Assembly (NCBI RefSeq): GCF_018350175.1
Contig: NC_058383.1
Location: forward strand, 9,054,001 to 9,118,000
From: Felis catus
Taxonomy: Eukaryota
Length of the DNA stretch: 64,000 bases
Direction of reading: 5' to 3'
Shown piece by piece: positions 52,415-64,000 of the stretch (the stretch's first letter is position 1; each line of letters starts with the position of its first letter). The notes beneath the pieces were generated by a model. The model had not been told where the DNA came from and ran no database searches. It saw nothing but the letters and a program-made list of their open reading frames with translations. The position numbers were made by a program, and so were the translations under genes.

Positions 52415-53260
52415 TAACTTAGTTTTTGAAGCTATCTGGGTACAAGTAGCTCTTGTGATTTGCTGCTGGCCTTGATTTTTCTACAAACGCCATGCATTCT
52501 TGGGAATCTTGGGGGTTTTTCCAAAGTGAGAAAATGTGACCTACAAATTGTTTTCACGCGCAGTGACATGTTTTAAAATACTAAGTGGGTGAGGCTGACA
52601 GAGTGTTACTTCTAGAAGAAACTTAAGTAAACATTTACTATTGTTTTCGGTTTTGTGGTTTCAATATTTTGGAGCCATTGCATTTGCCCCAACCAGACCT
52701 TGTGGATTTTCCTGAGCTGGAGGCCCACGCCCACAGCGCTTCCTGGGGAAAACTGTCACTGCCCAGAGGAAAGGCCTTGTCATGCCACCCTGCCACCCCC
52801 CACCCCCACCCCCCACACAGTGGCTGCTGGTACCGTCCCTTCTACGGGGAGGAGACAGGACGGGGGCAATGGCACTCGGGCATTGCAGCTCAAAGGGGGT
52901 GCTGAGACACTGGGTCAGAGGAAGGGGAGGGAATGGGGATCCCAGCAGCTGGGCAGATGTGCTGAAGGTGGGGAGGGCCGCCCCCACACAAAGGTCAGAG
53001 AGGCCCAGCTGGGCACCCGCAAATTCCGGGCGCAGGACTCTGGACTGAGCCCGGGGCCGCAGGGAGCCCTGGCAGGCTCTGGGCCGAGTGACGCCGTGTG
53101 CCAGGCAGTGTGGACTCAGCAGCCATGAGAAGTCTGGGGGGGGCAGGTGGAAGGGCATTCACAGGCCAGATGGGGCTCTGTTCCCGGCTTCCCCTCTTTC
53201 GGCTGGCCTTGGCACCCCACCCACCCCATGTAGACAGAGAGCGTTAAATACAATTTTTAA

Positions 53261-53472
53261 GGGGCGTCTGGGCAGCTCAGTCGGTTAAGCAGCTGACTTC
53301 AGCTCAGGTCAGGATCTCACGGTTCGTGGGTTCGAGCCCCGCGTCGGCTCTGTGCTGACAGCTCACAGTCCGGAGCCTGCTTCGGATTCTGTGTCTCCTT
53401 CTCTCTCTGCCCCTCCCTCACCCATGCTCTGTCTCTCAAAAATAAATAAATATTAAAAAAAAAATTTTTTTT
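53261..53472 (+). mobile_element. SINEC
   Basis: Head, body and tail present. Imperfect TSD TTAAATAC..TTTTTAA. Confidence 0.88.
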
Positions 53473-55349
53473 TAAATACGGTTTTTAAAAGTGAGGCCCG
53501 TGGTGAAGAGTGTGGACACTGGAGCTGTAGCACTGAGTTCAAATCCTGAATCCACTACTCCAATAGGACTTGCTGTGTGATTTTAGGCGAGTAACTCTGC
53601 CTCTCTGGGCCTCACTTGCCTAATCTGTAAAGTGGGACAGTGGCGGCTGCACCCCGTAGAGTGAGTGGCTGTGAAGACGGCATGCTGATGTCACCAGACC
53701 TCAGGAGGCACCTTCCAGTGCGGAGCACGTCAGGGACATTCTTTTTTCAGTGCGAGGGGATGAGGAAACCACAGACAGAGCCCCTGCGGACAGGCCTCAT
53801 CGGCTCTGGATCCACAGCACAACTCGGGCCTAAGTGCTGGCATCAAGTCTGCTTTATAAACAAGGAGCTGCAACGTCGTTGCTTTGACAAAGCTGTCCTC
53901 TCCTAGCGGGGCCCTGTCCTTGTCCTTGGCAGGACAGAGAGAAGACCCGGCCCGGAGTGAAAGACAGAGAGAGAAATAGGTGGAGAAAAACATTCAGAAA
54001 CAGAGCGAGAGAGACAGGAAGTCAGAAAGAGAAAATACAGAAAGAGAGGGGACCGTCCTAGCCCCCGGAACTGAGGTGGGGACAGAGGGAAGGACGATAT
54101 GGCCCCTCAATTCTCCCCAGGGACCCCTTGTTGGGGGCTGAGGTGGGAACAGGCTGCGGGTCCCTCTGGGCTTTCCAAAGTGGCTGAGAGTGGTCTCGGG
54201 CGAGAAGCCGAGGTGGGCCGAGGCAGGCACAGGGCTGGTGACAGGTGTCCCTCAGGCACCCTGTGGGCATGGAGATCCCACCAGTGACAGAGGGTGGCTG
54301 CCAGCAGGGAGCTCAGAGGCCCCTTTCTGTGAACCCCCTCAGCCTCAGCCCCTGTGGGTAAAAACTACTTTCCCACCACCCCCAAAGTGGGCAACTGAGG
54401 CATGGCAAGGCGAGTGAGAAACCAGGAGTCCTGGGTGTTGCAAGCTGAAGGCCAGGAGTCCACGGTCTTGGGTCCAGATCTCCGCCAGGGCCTCTACGAA
54501 AACCAAAGCACACCCTTCCTACACAGGGTGGCGGTGTTCCGAGTGGGCTTCCTGGAAGGGGTGACACCGGGCTGGATTGGAAGGAGTAGAGATGGGGCCA
54601 GGAAGTAGGGATGAAGGGGCCAGGCCCAGCTCTCGGGGTGTCCCCTGAACAGAAATGGCCCCAGATTGTGGGGACGGCATGATCGCGGGGAGACCCTGGC
54701 CTCCTGGGCCCCGACCGGGCCTCTTCCGGCTCCAAGGGGAGAAGGATGTATGTGTGAGACAGGAACTTGGCTTGAGAGCAGGGCAGCCGCAGCCAGGACG
54801 TAAACCTGCTGTGGCTTCTGGCGCCGTCGCCTCCCCGCTCCGCTCCGCACAGGACCCTGGCTGGGCTGACAGGAACCAGGGGTCTTGGGGTAAAGAAGGG
54901 AGGTGCAGGGTTGGGGGGGGGGACACAGGAGGTGGAGGCGGCTCCCGGTTCTCAGCCTGACTCCTGCCCGGAGGCTCCAGCGCACCCCTCACTCCCAACC
55001 ACGGGCAGTGCTCCCCACCGCCCCCTCCTCCACTCCGGTTGCTCCTGGGGCGTAGCGGGCACTCGGGCCCCCGGCCTCACTGGGGTCTCCAGCCCTAGCC
55101 GCCCCCTGCGGGCTCTCCACCGTCCTCCCCTCTTCCCCTGCCGGACCCCACGCGCTCTCTTCCTGGCCCACGTCTCTCTAGCCTGCGCCTGGGGGGAGGG
55201 GCAGCCTGGCTGATGGTGAGGGCATGGGGGGGGAGGGGGGGAAGGGGGACCAGCTCCTCTCTGGGTCAGGGCCTCGTGGCCACGGTGTCGTCCGTAGAGG
55301 CTCATGAATAAACACGGACCCTTTCTCCTACGGTAAAACACACAAATCT

Positions 55350-55567
55350 CTTCTTTTTTAATGTTTATTTACATTTGAGAGAGAGAGAGAGAGAGAGAGA
55401 CAGCATGTGCAAGCGAGTTGGGGAGGGGCAGAGGGACAGACAGAATCCCAAGCGGGCTCCGAGCTGTCAGCACAAAGCCAGACGCAGGGCTCGAACTCAC
55501 AAACCGCGAGATCATGCCCTGAGCCAAACCCAAGATATCTAACGCTTCACTGAGCCGCCGGGTGCCA
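55350..55567 (-). mobile_element. SINEC
   Basis: T tail, (GA)n tract and SINE body. Confidence 0.85.
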
Positions 55568-58274
55568 CCAAACCCACACAGATCTTGAGCGAGCAGCTTA
55601 ATTTTTCACACATGCATACACCTGGGTAACCATCCCCGAGACGGAGATCTAGAACATTCCCAGCCCCGAGCTGGCTTCCTCGTGTCCCCGTCCAGTCACT
55701 GCCTCCCCCAGAGACAACAGCTATCCTGACAGTCTTGCATGCTTTTGACCTTCAGATGGATGCAACCATACAGAATGTACTGTGTTCCTGGCTTCCCACA
55801 ATTTCCTCCAATTTCTTCTCCCTTGGCCCGTGGAGAGACACTCGCGCTGTGTTCAGTTTGGGGGCTGTCACGAGTAAGACGGCGGTGAACATAGCTCGTG
55901 TGTCTTCGGCTGGACACGAGTGCTCGCTTCCCTTGGGGAAATACCTCTGAGCAGAATTACGAGGTCCTAGGGTAGAATCCTAAACGGGTCAACTCTTAAG
56001 GTCCTTCCCAGGGCATTTCACGCCTGTCCCCACCTCTGCCTGGTGGACCTACCAGATGTCTCCTCCACCGGCCCAGATTCTTCAGCCTTGTCTGGCAGAG
56101 AAGGACACCTCTGGCATCATTCCGGCCACCTCATGAACCCACCCACCCCCCCCCCCCAGCCAAAGGGCCCGCCTGACTGGTCAGCAAGGACAGAGCGCTT
56201 CCTTACCCCCAAAAGGACACCCCTCTGTCTTGGCTACCCTCTGCCCCCTAGGACAGGGACTGTGGCTAAGCTGTTTCTGCCCCCGGTGCCCAGCATGCAG
56301 CCTGGGAAGGACAACAGGCAGCTGGGGACATGGAGAAAGGTCGAGAGATAAATGTCCCCACCTTGGGGACCAAGCCTGAAGACGGAGACTCAAGGTCCAG
56401 TCTGTGTGCCGCTCTTAATGCCTTGGGACCTTAACACAGGCCTGGGATCCCTCCAGGGTCCTGGCGGGATTCCGAACCTGTTCTCCCCTTTACCCCTGTC
56501 AACCGGGCCTTAGACTCAAGGCAGGTGAGTTGGGGACAAGCAGAGTCTGTCAGCCCTGAGGGCCCACCTCCCAAATAACCCTGATTGGAGCAGGTGCGCA
56601 GTGGAAGAGAAGGGGTCTCTGACATTCTTGGGGATTCCGTGGGGGCCCTTGGCTGGTCAGAGGGGCTCAGCTGTGGCCCTGGGACAGCGGGTAGTCAGGC
56701 TCCGTGACCAGAGATGCCGTTGGCCACCCCACCCTTGGCCTTCAGCCCAGATCCAGGTTCCTGTCCTGATTGCAGTTCCGTGCTTGGCTCTCATTAACCT
56801 CTCGAACCTTTCCGAAAGGAGTGGAAAGCCCTGCCCCATCCTCCCGCTGAGGAAGCTGGGGGAGGGAGTTGGGTGTGGTAAGGGGACCACCCAAGCTGCT
56901 GTCTAGATCAGAGGCAGGGGTGGGAGCCTTGGGCCCCCTGAGTCCCCTCCAGGAGCCCTCCAGCCCCATCCCCGCCAGCCAAGCTCTGAGACCCTCCCTG
57001 CCCCACCCCCAGCTGGGTTCCCTTCCCGTGTTTCCTGCCCTGGTGGCTCTCACCATGCCTCCATTTCTTCATCTGTAAAATGAGTTTATCATGGGCTTGC
57101 CTGAGGATTTAGGGGTTCACGTCTGGGAATTGTTCGGCCCGTTCCTGAGACCCAGTAAGTGCTGTGCCATGGGTCAGTCCCTCCTGTGACTCACCGAGCC
57201 CTCTGTGGGTGGCATTCGCTGGGCTGGGCTGGAGTGACCAGGGGTGGCTGACAAGGGTGGTTTGCGTCTCCTGTCTGTTTCCCCTGCTCCGCGTCTGTCT
57301 TTCTTGGACCCTTCACCCCGCTAGGGATGGATGGACAACCAGGGAATATTCTTGGAGTCCTTGAGATTCAGGGGGGACAAATAACTTGCAGTGAAGGGGT
57401 CACAGGTGGCCACAAGGAGAAGGGAGACGTACAAGCTGGGCTTGAAGGGCCAGGAGGGTTTGGGGTCTCCATGAAGGTGGCAGGAGGCGGGAACAGCATC
57501 AGCAGGGCAAGGGGACCATCACGTGTGAGCCCCTGGGCCATCTTGATAGGAACCTTAGACCTGACTCTGAGCGGCTCAGACCCACCCAGCAAGCAGAGAT
57601 TCTGGCCCCTGAAACAGCACATCCCCAGGGGGATCCCAGGAGCACCTGCTCCTTGGCCTGGGATTCACCAACGGATCCTGGGAGGGTGGAGGAGACCACC
57701 CCCCTGGCTGGACTGTCCTCCCTGGGAGAGGCCTCCCAACTGGGTGACTGGGACCCTAGAGAGACCCCTCTCTCAAGTTGGGGTGCATTTTGGCGGCTCA
57801 GGGTGGAAACATCCCCCAGGGAGTTTAAGAGGATAGGGTCAGATGCAGAAGCAGCCCCCTCCCGGACTCCAGGACTAGCTGATTCCCTCCTCTCCGGGGC
57901 CTCGCAGCCCTTCCTGCCTGCCTGGCTTCTGGCATCACCCAGGCCTTCAGACCCCTCTGTGTGAGCCAGTGTTCCCAGCGGAGCTGGGTCCTGTGCCAAA
58001 GATGGGGTGCAAATACCCACGGGCAGGGAGGAGGGGTGGAGCTGTCTACATTCCCGTGACAGTCCACGAGGGCCACCTGGGTTCCTGCTGCAGGGGACAG
58101 CTGGGTGTCTGGGTGTCTGCTCCATTTTTGTCCTCTTCCTGTACTGAGCCCAACCCGGGAACAGAAGCCAGCTCTCTGATTTTATCCCGTGTCCACTGGG
58201 AGACGGTCATGCCCATCTCTGGACCGGCTCAGACAGCTTCCTCCAGGAAGCGAGCCAAGTTCCCATGGCTTGTC

Positions 58275-58470
58275 CTGGGGGGCTCAGTCGGTTGAGCGTC
58301 TGACTTCAGCTCAGGTCGTGATCTCACCGTTTGTGAGTTCGGAGTCGGGCTCCGTGCTGTCAGTGCAGAGCCTGCTTCAGATCCTCTGTTCCCTTCTCTC
58401 TGCACCTCCCCCGCTCGAGCTCGCTCTCTCTCTCAAAAATAAACTTAAAAAAAAAAAAAAGAAAAGAAAA
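58275..58470 (+). mobile_element. SINEC
   Basis: CTGGGGGGCTCAGTCGGTTGAGCG head and an A tail. Confidence 0.85.
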
Positions 58471-59673
58471 AGTGAAACAGCTAGCAAGGCAGAAAAAGGC
58501 CCCTGCCCGGATCCATTTGTCCGTTTGTCAGCCTGATAGCAGGTGACATGGGGACCCACTGGACATCATTTCGTGGCTCAAGACGATTGTCCCCAAGCCC
58601 GTGTTCCCCAGGTTTATGCCCATGACAGCAGGCATGCTGAGTGGGTCAGCGGTCAGTGTCACCCCACCAGCTCATGCTCCGTCACATAAAGGCCCCCTTG
58701 TTACCTCTGTGCAGACCTAGCCCCCGCGAGGCCAGGTCTCCATGTCTCGTGCCCGGCGAGCCTGAAGTCAGTGAGGGTCTGCTGGGCGTAGGAGTGAGTG
58801 GGTGATCGGGGAAGGGGATGACGGGAGCTTGTGGCCCGTCTCTTCCGTCCTTCTCATGGACGAAAAGAGCCAGGAGGGTCAGGCAGGGGGCCGGGGCTGG
58901 GGCTGGGGCCAGGTCACGGACCTTCCCAGGGCCCTGACCGCCGAGTGACTCTCCCCGACAGCGGGTCCCACGACACAGCTCCAGAGCTGAGGTTCCTTGT
59001 CTGCTGCATGCAGATCGTGATCAGCAGCTTTACGGGGCTACCCTGGCTCGGGCCTCCCCCTCCAGCCAGCCCCGAGCTCCCAGGCCCCGGAAGAGCTCAG
59101 GGAAGCAAATCCAGGCCTGTTTGAGGCTCCACAGGAGCTCGGGTGGGAGAGAATCCCGCCTACAAGTGCTGGGCTCTCTGCATCCCTGAGCTTGGGCTCT
59201 GAGCTCAGCACCGGGCAGGACCCGAGGAGATGGCTTCGGCTTCGGGGCCTGGCTGTGCCTGTCACCGAAAACGGTGCGTGTACTCAGCGGAGGCTTGTAG
59301 TTAAGAGGAGAGGTTCATCAGGGGCTTCAACATTTGGCCTGGGGCCTGGAGGACCAGGGCACCAGGAGGAGGTGGGGGTCTGGGGGCAGATCTAGGTTTG
59401 GCTATGGAGGTTGTATGGTGGCCCTGGGGGCCTCTGGGATGTCCCGTCAGAGGTCCCTGTCCTTCAAGACTCCGGGATGCGCTCCTGCAGCGTCCCCTCT
59501 GCACGCGCCCACCCCCACTCTGGCCTCAGGCAGCCCTCTGTCTGGGACAGGACTTTCAGGTCACCTGTTTGCCCTTCTGTCCGGTCTGGAGACCACAAAG
59601 GCGGGGAAGGGTCTGATTCCACAGGCTTGGCACAAAGGCGGCCTGTGACCCTCTCTAATATCATCATGATATT

Positions 59674-59850
59674 GGGGCGCCTGGGTGGTTCAGTCAGTTG
59701 AGCACCCGACTCTCGATTTCGGCCCAGGTCACGATCCGGGGTTCATGGAATCGAGTTGCGCATCGAGCTCTGCGCTGAGCATGGAGTCTGCTTAAAATTC
59801 TCTTTTTCTCCCTCCGCCCCTCCCATTCTCACACTTGCTCTCTCTCAAAC
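59674..59850 (+). mobile_element. SINEC
   Basis: GGGGCGCCTGGGTGGTTCAGTCAGTTGAG head and a CT tract. Confidence 0.8.
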
Positions 59851-59859
59851 TAATGTGTG

Positions 59860-60958
59860 TATTTATTTAATTATCTTTGTTCCTGATTCCCAGCACTGAG
59901 CTCCTAAGAGTCTTAGAAGTTTTTGAATGTTAGGGGAGACAAGAAGGTCCTTTGTTTTCAGACAAGCTTCTTTCAACCACACCTGAGCCCATGCTAATGA
60001 GGTGACTCTTGGGGGGGCCCTGGGTGGCTTCGGGATGGGGCTGGTCACCAGAGGCACCAGTCATGAGCTTAGATGGTTGGAACTTCCAGCCCCACCCCCA
60101 CCCCGTGACAACCGCTGGCGAGGATCGAGGGGCTGCAAGCTGAGCCAGTGATTGAATCAACCATGCCTCCGTGATGGAGCCTCCAGAAAGACCCTAGTCG
60201 ATGGGGTTCAGCTTCTTCTTCTTCTTTTTAACATTTATGTTTGAGAGAAGGGGAGAGACAGAGCACGTGCAGGGGAGGGGCAGAGAGGAGGGAGAACCAG
60301 AATCCAAAGCAGGATCCAGGCTCTGAGCTGTCAGCACAGAGCCCGACGCGGGGCTCGAACTCATGAACCACAAGATCATGACCTGAGCCGGAGTTGGGCG
60401 CTTAACGGACTGAGCCACCCAGGCGCCCCTGTTGGGAGAGCTTCCGGGTTGGTAAACATGCTGGGAGAGTGGGGCACCCAGAGAAGGCATGCAAACCTCG
60501 CACCCCTCCCCCCATACCTCACGCTAGGCGGCTCTTCTATTTTGCTGTTCAGCTGTAGCCTTTATGATAATCCCGGAATAGCAAGTAAACGGTTTTCCCG
60601 AGTTCCGTGAGCCGGTCTAGCAAATCAGCCAATCCGCGGATGGGGTCACAGGAGTCCCTGAGTTGTAGCCCAATTGGACAGAAATGTGGGTATCCCTGAA
60701 CTCAGTACTTGTCAGCAGTGTCTGAAGCCGGAGGGGGCAGTCTTATGGGGCTGAGCCCTTTACCCGTTTATACTAACTCCAGGGAGTTAGTGTCAGAATG
60801 GAATTAAATCATAGTACACCCGGGCGCCTGGGTGACTCCGTCGGTTGAGCATCTGACTTCGGTTCAGGTCATGACGTCACAGTTCGCACGTTCGAGCCCT
60901 GCTGTCGGCATAGAGCCTGCTTCGGAGCCTCTGTCTCCTTCTCTCTCTGCCCCTCCCC

Positions 60959-60996
<38 letters not shown>

Positions 60997-61070
60997 AATA
61001 AATAAACATTTAAGAAAAATAAATCATAGTAGACAACAGAGAATTTGTTGGTGTCAGAAGTGCTGTAAAA
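59860..61070 (+). mobile_element. MER21-like solo LTR interrupted by two SINECs (- 60212-60429, + 60821-61020)
   Basis: TTTCAACCACACCTGAG..ATGCTAATGAGGTGACT, GAGAGCTTCCGGGTTGGTAAACA and GTTAGTGTCAGAAT match the MER21 family as I recall it. The second SINE is flanked by TAAATCATAGTA. Confidence 0.7.
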
Positions 61071-62735
61071 CAGATCACAGGAGCCCTCTGTTACCCATTT
61101 TTGGTCCTTCTCTGTCCCGCTCTGGTCCCAAGAGGGTGGCACATGGACCACATCACCCAGAGCCCCCTGCCCTGTTGTTTCTGGTTAGGTGTGGTCACGA
61201 GACACCAGCGCGAGGTCAGAAGGCAGGAGAAAGAGGGGTATTTACTCGCCGGCTCCCTCTAGTGGTTGCGTCCTTCTATCTCCAGCCCCTCCTGGGCAGA
61301 CCCGCACCCACGACTCCCGCTCACTGGCCCTGGAGATACCACTCCCCTCTTGTCAGCCTTTGAGGTACGGGAGTGATTATGTCCCCGTCATAAACACTGG
61401 GTCCGGGCCCTCTCCTGTTGGCTCCCTTAGCACGCTGACCACACCTTTGTAAACGCTCTCAATTGCCCTGCCAGACAGCAGGCCATCTGTTTCCTGCCAG
61501 GCCTCACCATACAGGGCGTCGGTTTGTGCAGCAAGGGCCTTAGTCACCCAGTTCAACCCTCCCTTTTTACAAAAAGGGAAACTGAGGACCAGAGAGGGTA
61601 AGGGACGTGTCCAGGGTCACCCAGGCCCAGGGTTGGAGCTCATGGCTGCTCTGAAAAGGCTCTGGAGAGGTCAAGGCTGACCTAGGCAGGGGGCGGAAGC
61701 CTGTTTACCCCCCTCCCCACCCTCACCCCTCCCAGCCTGGAACGGGATGTGTCTGCGCTGGCTATTAAATCAGGGCCATTTGCCCCTCCCAGAGACAGGC
61801 ACCTGGGAACCCAGCCAGCGCCCTCCTTCCCTGCCCCCTGCCCCAAGGGGCATGTGGCAAGGGCCGCCCCCCGCCTCCCTGCCATCCCTCACCCCATCCT
61901 CAAGCCACCCAATCCTGCCCGCCCACCAGCCCCTAGTTGCTTCCAGGCCTTTGCATAGGCTGCTGCCTCGACCCGTGCCCCCTTCCCGTGTCACCTGGCA
62001 CAGCACTGCTCCTTTTCCAAGGACACACCTGCCCAGCAAGCCTCTTGTGAAGCCTCATCTGGATCTGGCACCTGCATTCCCTCTGGTCCTCGAAGTGCTG
62101 GTGTCCCTCTACTCCCCCCACCTCCCTTCCCACCCGCCCCCCCCCCCCCCCAGCACAGGGCAACTTGAGGGCAGAACCCTGCTCGGGTCATCTCCCGCCC
62201 GGCCCGGAGTGGGGCTGATGACAACAAATGCTGGGCGCCCTGGCCTAGGTTTGGGGCCAGAGTCAGCTCTGGGCTGAGCCCAGGCTTCCCTAGGAGCCCC
62301 GGGGCCACATGCACTTGCTTCCCCCCATGCCCAGAGTGAGCACAGGGCTGGGTGTGAGGCTTAGAGGCCCTGAGCCCTCCAACCGGGAGGCCAGGTCAGC
62401 TGGAGAGGGGGCCACCGGAAGGACACTGGGGGCTGGGACACCCAGGGCCAGACATGCAGGGCAGGGTGAACACATTCATCTCATTGGTGGAGAGTAACCT
62501 GGGCCCAGTGAGGCCAGTGTAATCACCCTCGTTTTCCAGATAGGGACATAGAGGCCAGACGAGAGGCTTACTGGGACCCAGATGGCTCAGCTGGCCTGGG
62601 ACCCTGGGCCTCACCTCCGGTGCTATATTTTCCTAAGAGCCCCCACTCCCACCCTGCTCAGGAGAGCTGGGGACAGGGGTCCAGGGAGACTCCCCAGGTG
62701 AACAACAACACAGATGTGCAGGGCTGCTGGGCACA

Positions 62736-62741
62736 TTTATT
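62736..62741 (-). terminator. UPK3BL polyadenylation signal (AATAAA)
   Basis: TTTATT about 160 nt downstream of the stop at 62900, followed on the minus strand by a TGTGTTGTTGTT downstream element. Confidence 0.75.
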
Positions 62742-62899
62742 TCTGACAGGGACAGGCCTAATTTTGGGCTAAGGACACTCTCCCCTCACCCTCCCTTGGA
62801 AACACTCTCTTCCAGGGCTCCAGAAGCTTCCGGGCATGCTCCCAGCCCGGGATCTGCGGCCTGGACCAGGGAGGAGGCCGAGGGGCAGGTGCGGACCCC

Positions 62900-63985
62900 T
62901 CATGAGGCCCCCACGGCTGGGGGGTCAGTCACGTGGTGGGTGTTGTATCTTCTCACGCAAGTCGACTGCTCTGGGCCCGAAATGGGAGCGCTCCTGCAGG
63001 TGTCATGACTTCGGGAGGGGAGAGAAGATGAGCGTAGGGCCTGATCCAAGTACCACAGCTACTGCCCATGGCTTGGAGCTCGAGGCATAGGAGCATTGGG
63101 GAAACTGAGGCTCCACTGGCCGGGCAGGATTAACCTAAGGGAACCGGGCTATTCCTCTAAACCTCACAAATCCAGCTGTGCCCTCCCAGCCCCCACACTC
63201 TCCTCTACTCCCCGCACCCCAGGGTCTGCCCTGTCTCCCCTCATCGAGAGCCGCCACTGGCTCCCTCTGGCCTTCGGGACACAGCCCTTTTCCTCAGCTG
63301 GGAGTCATGACCTCCGCCCCCCACCCCTTGCTTGGCTGCCAGAAACCCTCCTGCCCCAGACCCTCCCCCCTCCCTCCTAGAACTGCTCCTCCCTTCCCCA
63401 AATCCCACCCAGAGACCAGGTTTCCCCTTTTCTCTAGGAAGCCCTGTGGGCACCCCTGTCCACCAGGCCCCAGCATGCGAGTTCTGAATGAAGTTTTGAG
63501 GCAAAGCTCAGCGCTTCAACTGAAAGCAATTCTCCGCCTCGGTGTCTCGCATCTGGAGTGTCTGCGGTGAGCCCCCTACTCGCAATTCCAGCTGTTGCCG
63601 CCAGGGGGCGAGGGGTGCCGCTCAGAGAGCGAGGACACGCCCAGGCCACCACCGTCCCGCACCGGCAATTGGTCGGCAGAAAGGGACAAAGGAGGGAGGG
63701 GTTCATGCATACACACACACACACACGCACACGCACACGCACACGCACACGAACACACACTCACAAGCCCTACTGGCTTCTGGGTAGAGAGGACGAGGAG
63801 GATAAGAGGTGGTCTGGGTCAGAGACCCCACCCTTCCCAGGGGGCCCAGACCCTGGCCACTTACCAGGTGTAGATAAGCAGAGCAAGGAGGGCAGTGAAA
63901 AGGACAGCCAGCAAGACCGACAAAATGGCAATGATGACCACGGTGCCCGCGCTTTGGGGTCCTGGGACAGCCTGTAGTGCCTTGG
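62900..63985 (-). CDS. UPK3BL1: Uroplakin-3b-like protein, last two coding exons (gene continues beyond the window)
   Basis: Exon 63985-63865 encodes (A)KALQAVPGPQSAGTVVIIAILSVLLAVLFTALLALLIYT, a single transmembrane helix. Exon 63008-62900 encodes (C)HDTCRSAPISGPEQSTCVRRYNTHHVTDPPAVGAS*. The phases join. Resembles the UPK3BL C-terminus as I recall it and sits at the expected syntenic position. The final acceptor is AAG rather than YAG. Confidence 0.85.
63711..63760. repeat. (CA)n/(CACACG)n microsatellite in the last UPK3BL intron
   Basis: ACACACACACACACACGCACACGCACACGCACACGCACAC. Confidence 0.85.
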
Positions 63986-64000
63986 CTGAGAGGTGTGAGG

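Noticed and set aside
59860..61070. Possible endogenous retrovirus
   Set aside because: Only a degraded solo LTR is present, with no gag, pol or env sequence recognised beside it.

Overview
Mammalian genomic DNA, almost certainly from a felid: it is dense in tRNA-derived carnivore SINEs of the SINEC_Fc type. The window is orthologous to the human 7q22.1 block. It holds four complete intron-containing genes, which I reconstructed exon by exon with GT-AG boundaries and consistent phases: ALKBH4 (-, 3 exons, 302 aa), LRWD1/ORCA (+, 15 exons, 649 aa), POLR2J/RPB11 (-, 4 exons, 117 aa) and RASA4/CAPRI (-, 21 exons, 801 aa). The last two coding exons of a UPK3BL-type gene (-) lie at the right edge. 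ALKBH4 and LRWD1 share a compact bidirectional CpG-island promoter, and LRWD1 and POLR2J are tail-to-tail. The rest is introns and a ~17.5 kb gap rich in SINEs, L1/L2 relics, a MER21-like LTR, and MER20/MER53/MER3-type DNA elements elsewhere in the introns. I found no convincing new gene or prokaryote-type system. The best leads are a SINE insertion that appears to carry a 3'-transduced L1-like tag, in-frame stop-free introns in RASA4 and LRWD1, a 9-bp sequence forming overlapping poly(A) signals on both strands, an AP-1/MEF2/AP-1 module in RASA4, and a possible Leu>Pro change in the RASA4 PH domain. Gene and repeat names come from my recognition of the sequences, not from database searches. 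Repeat boundaries are approximate.
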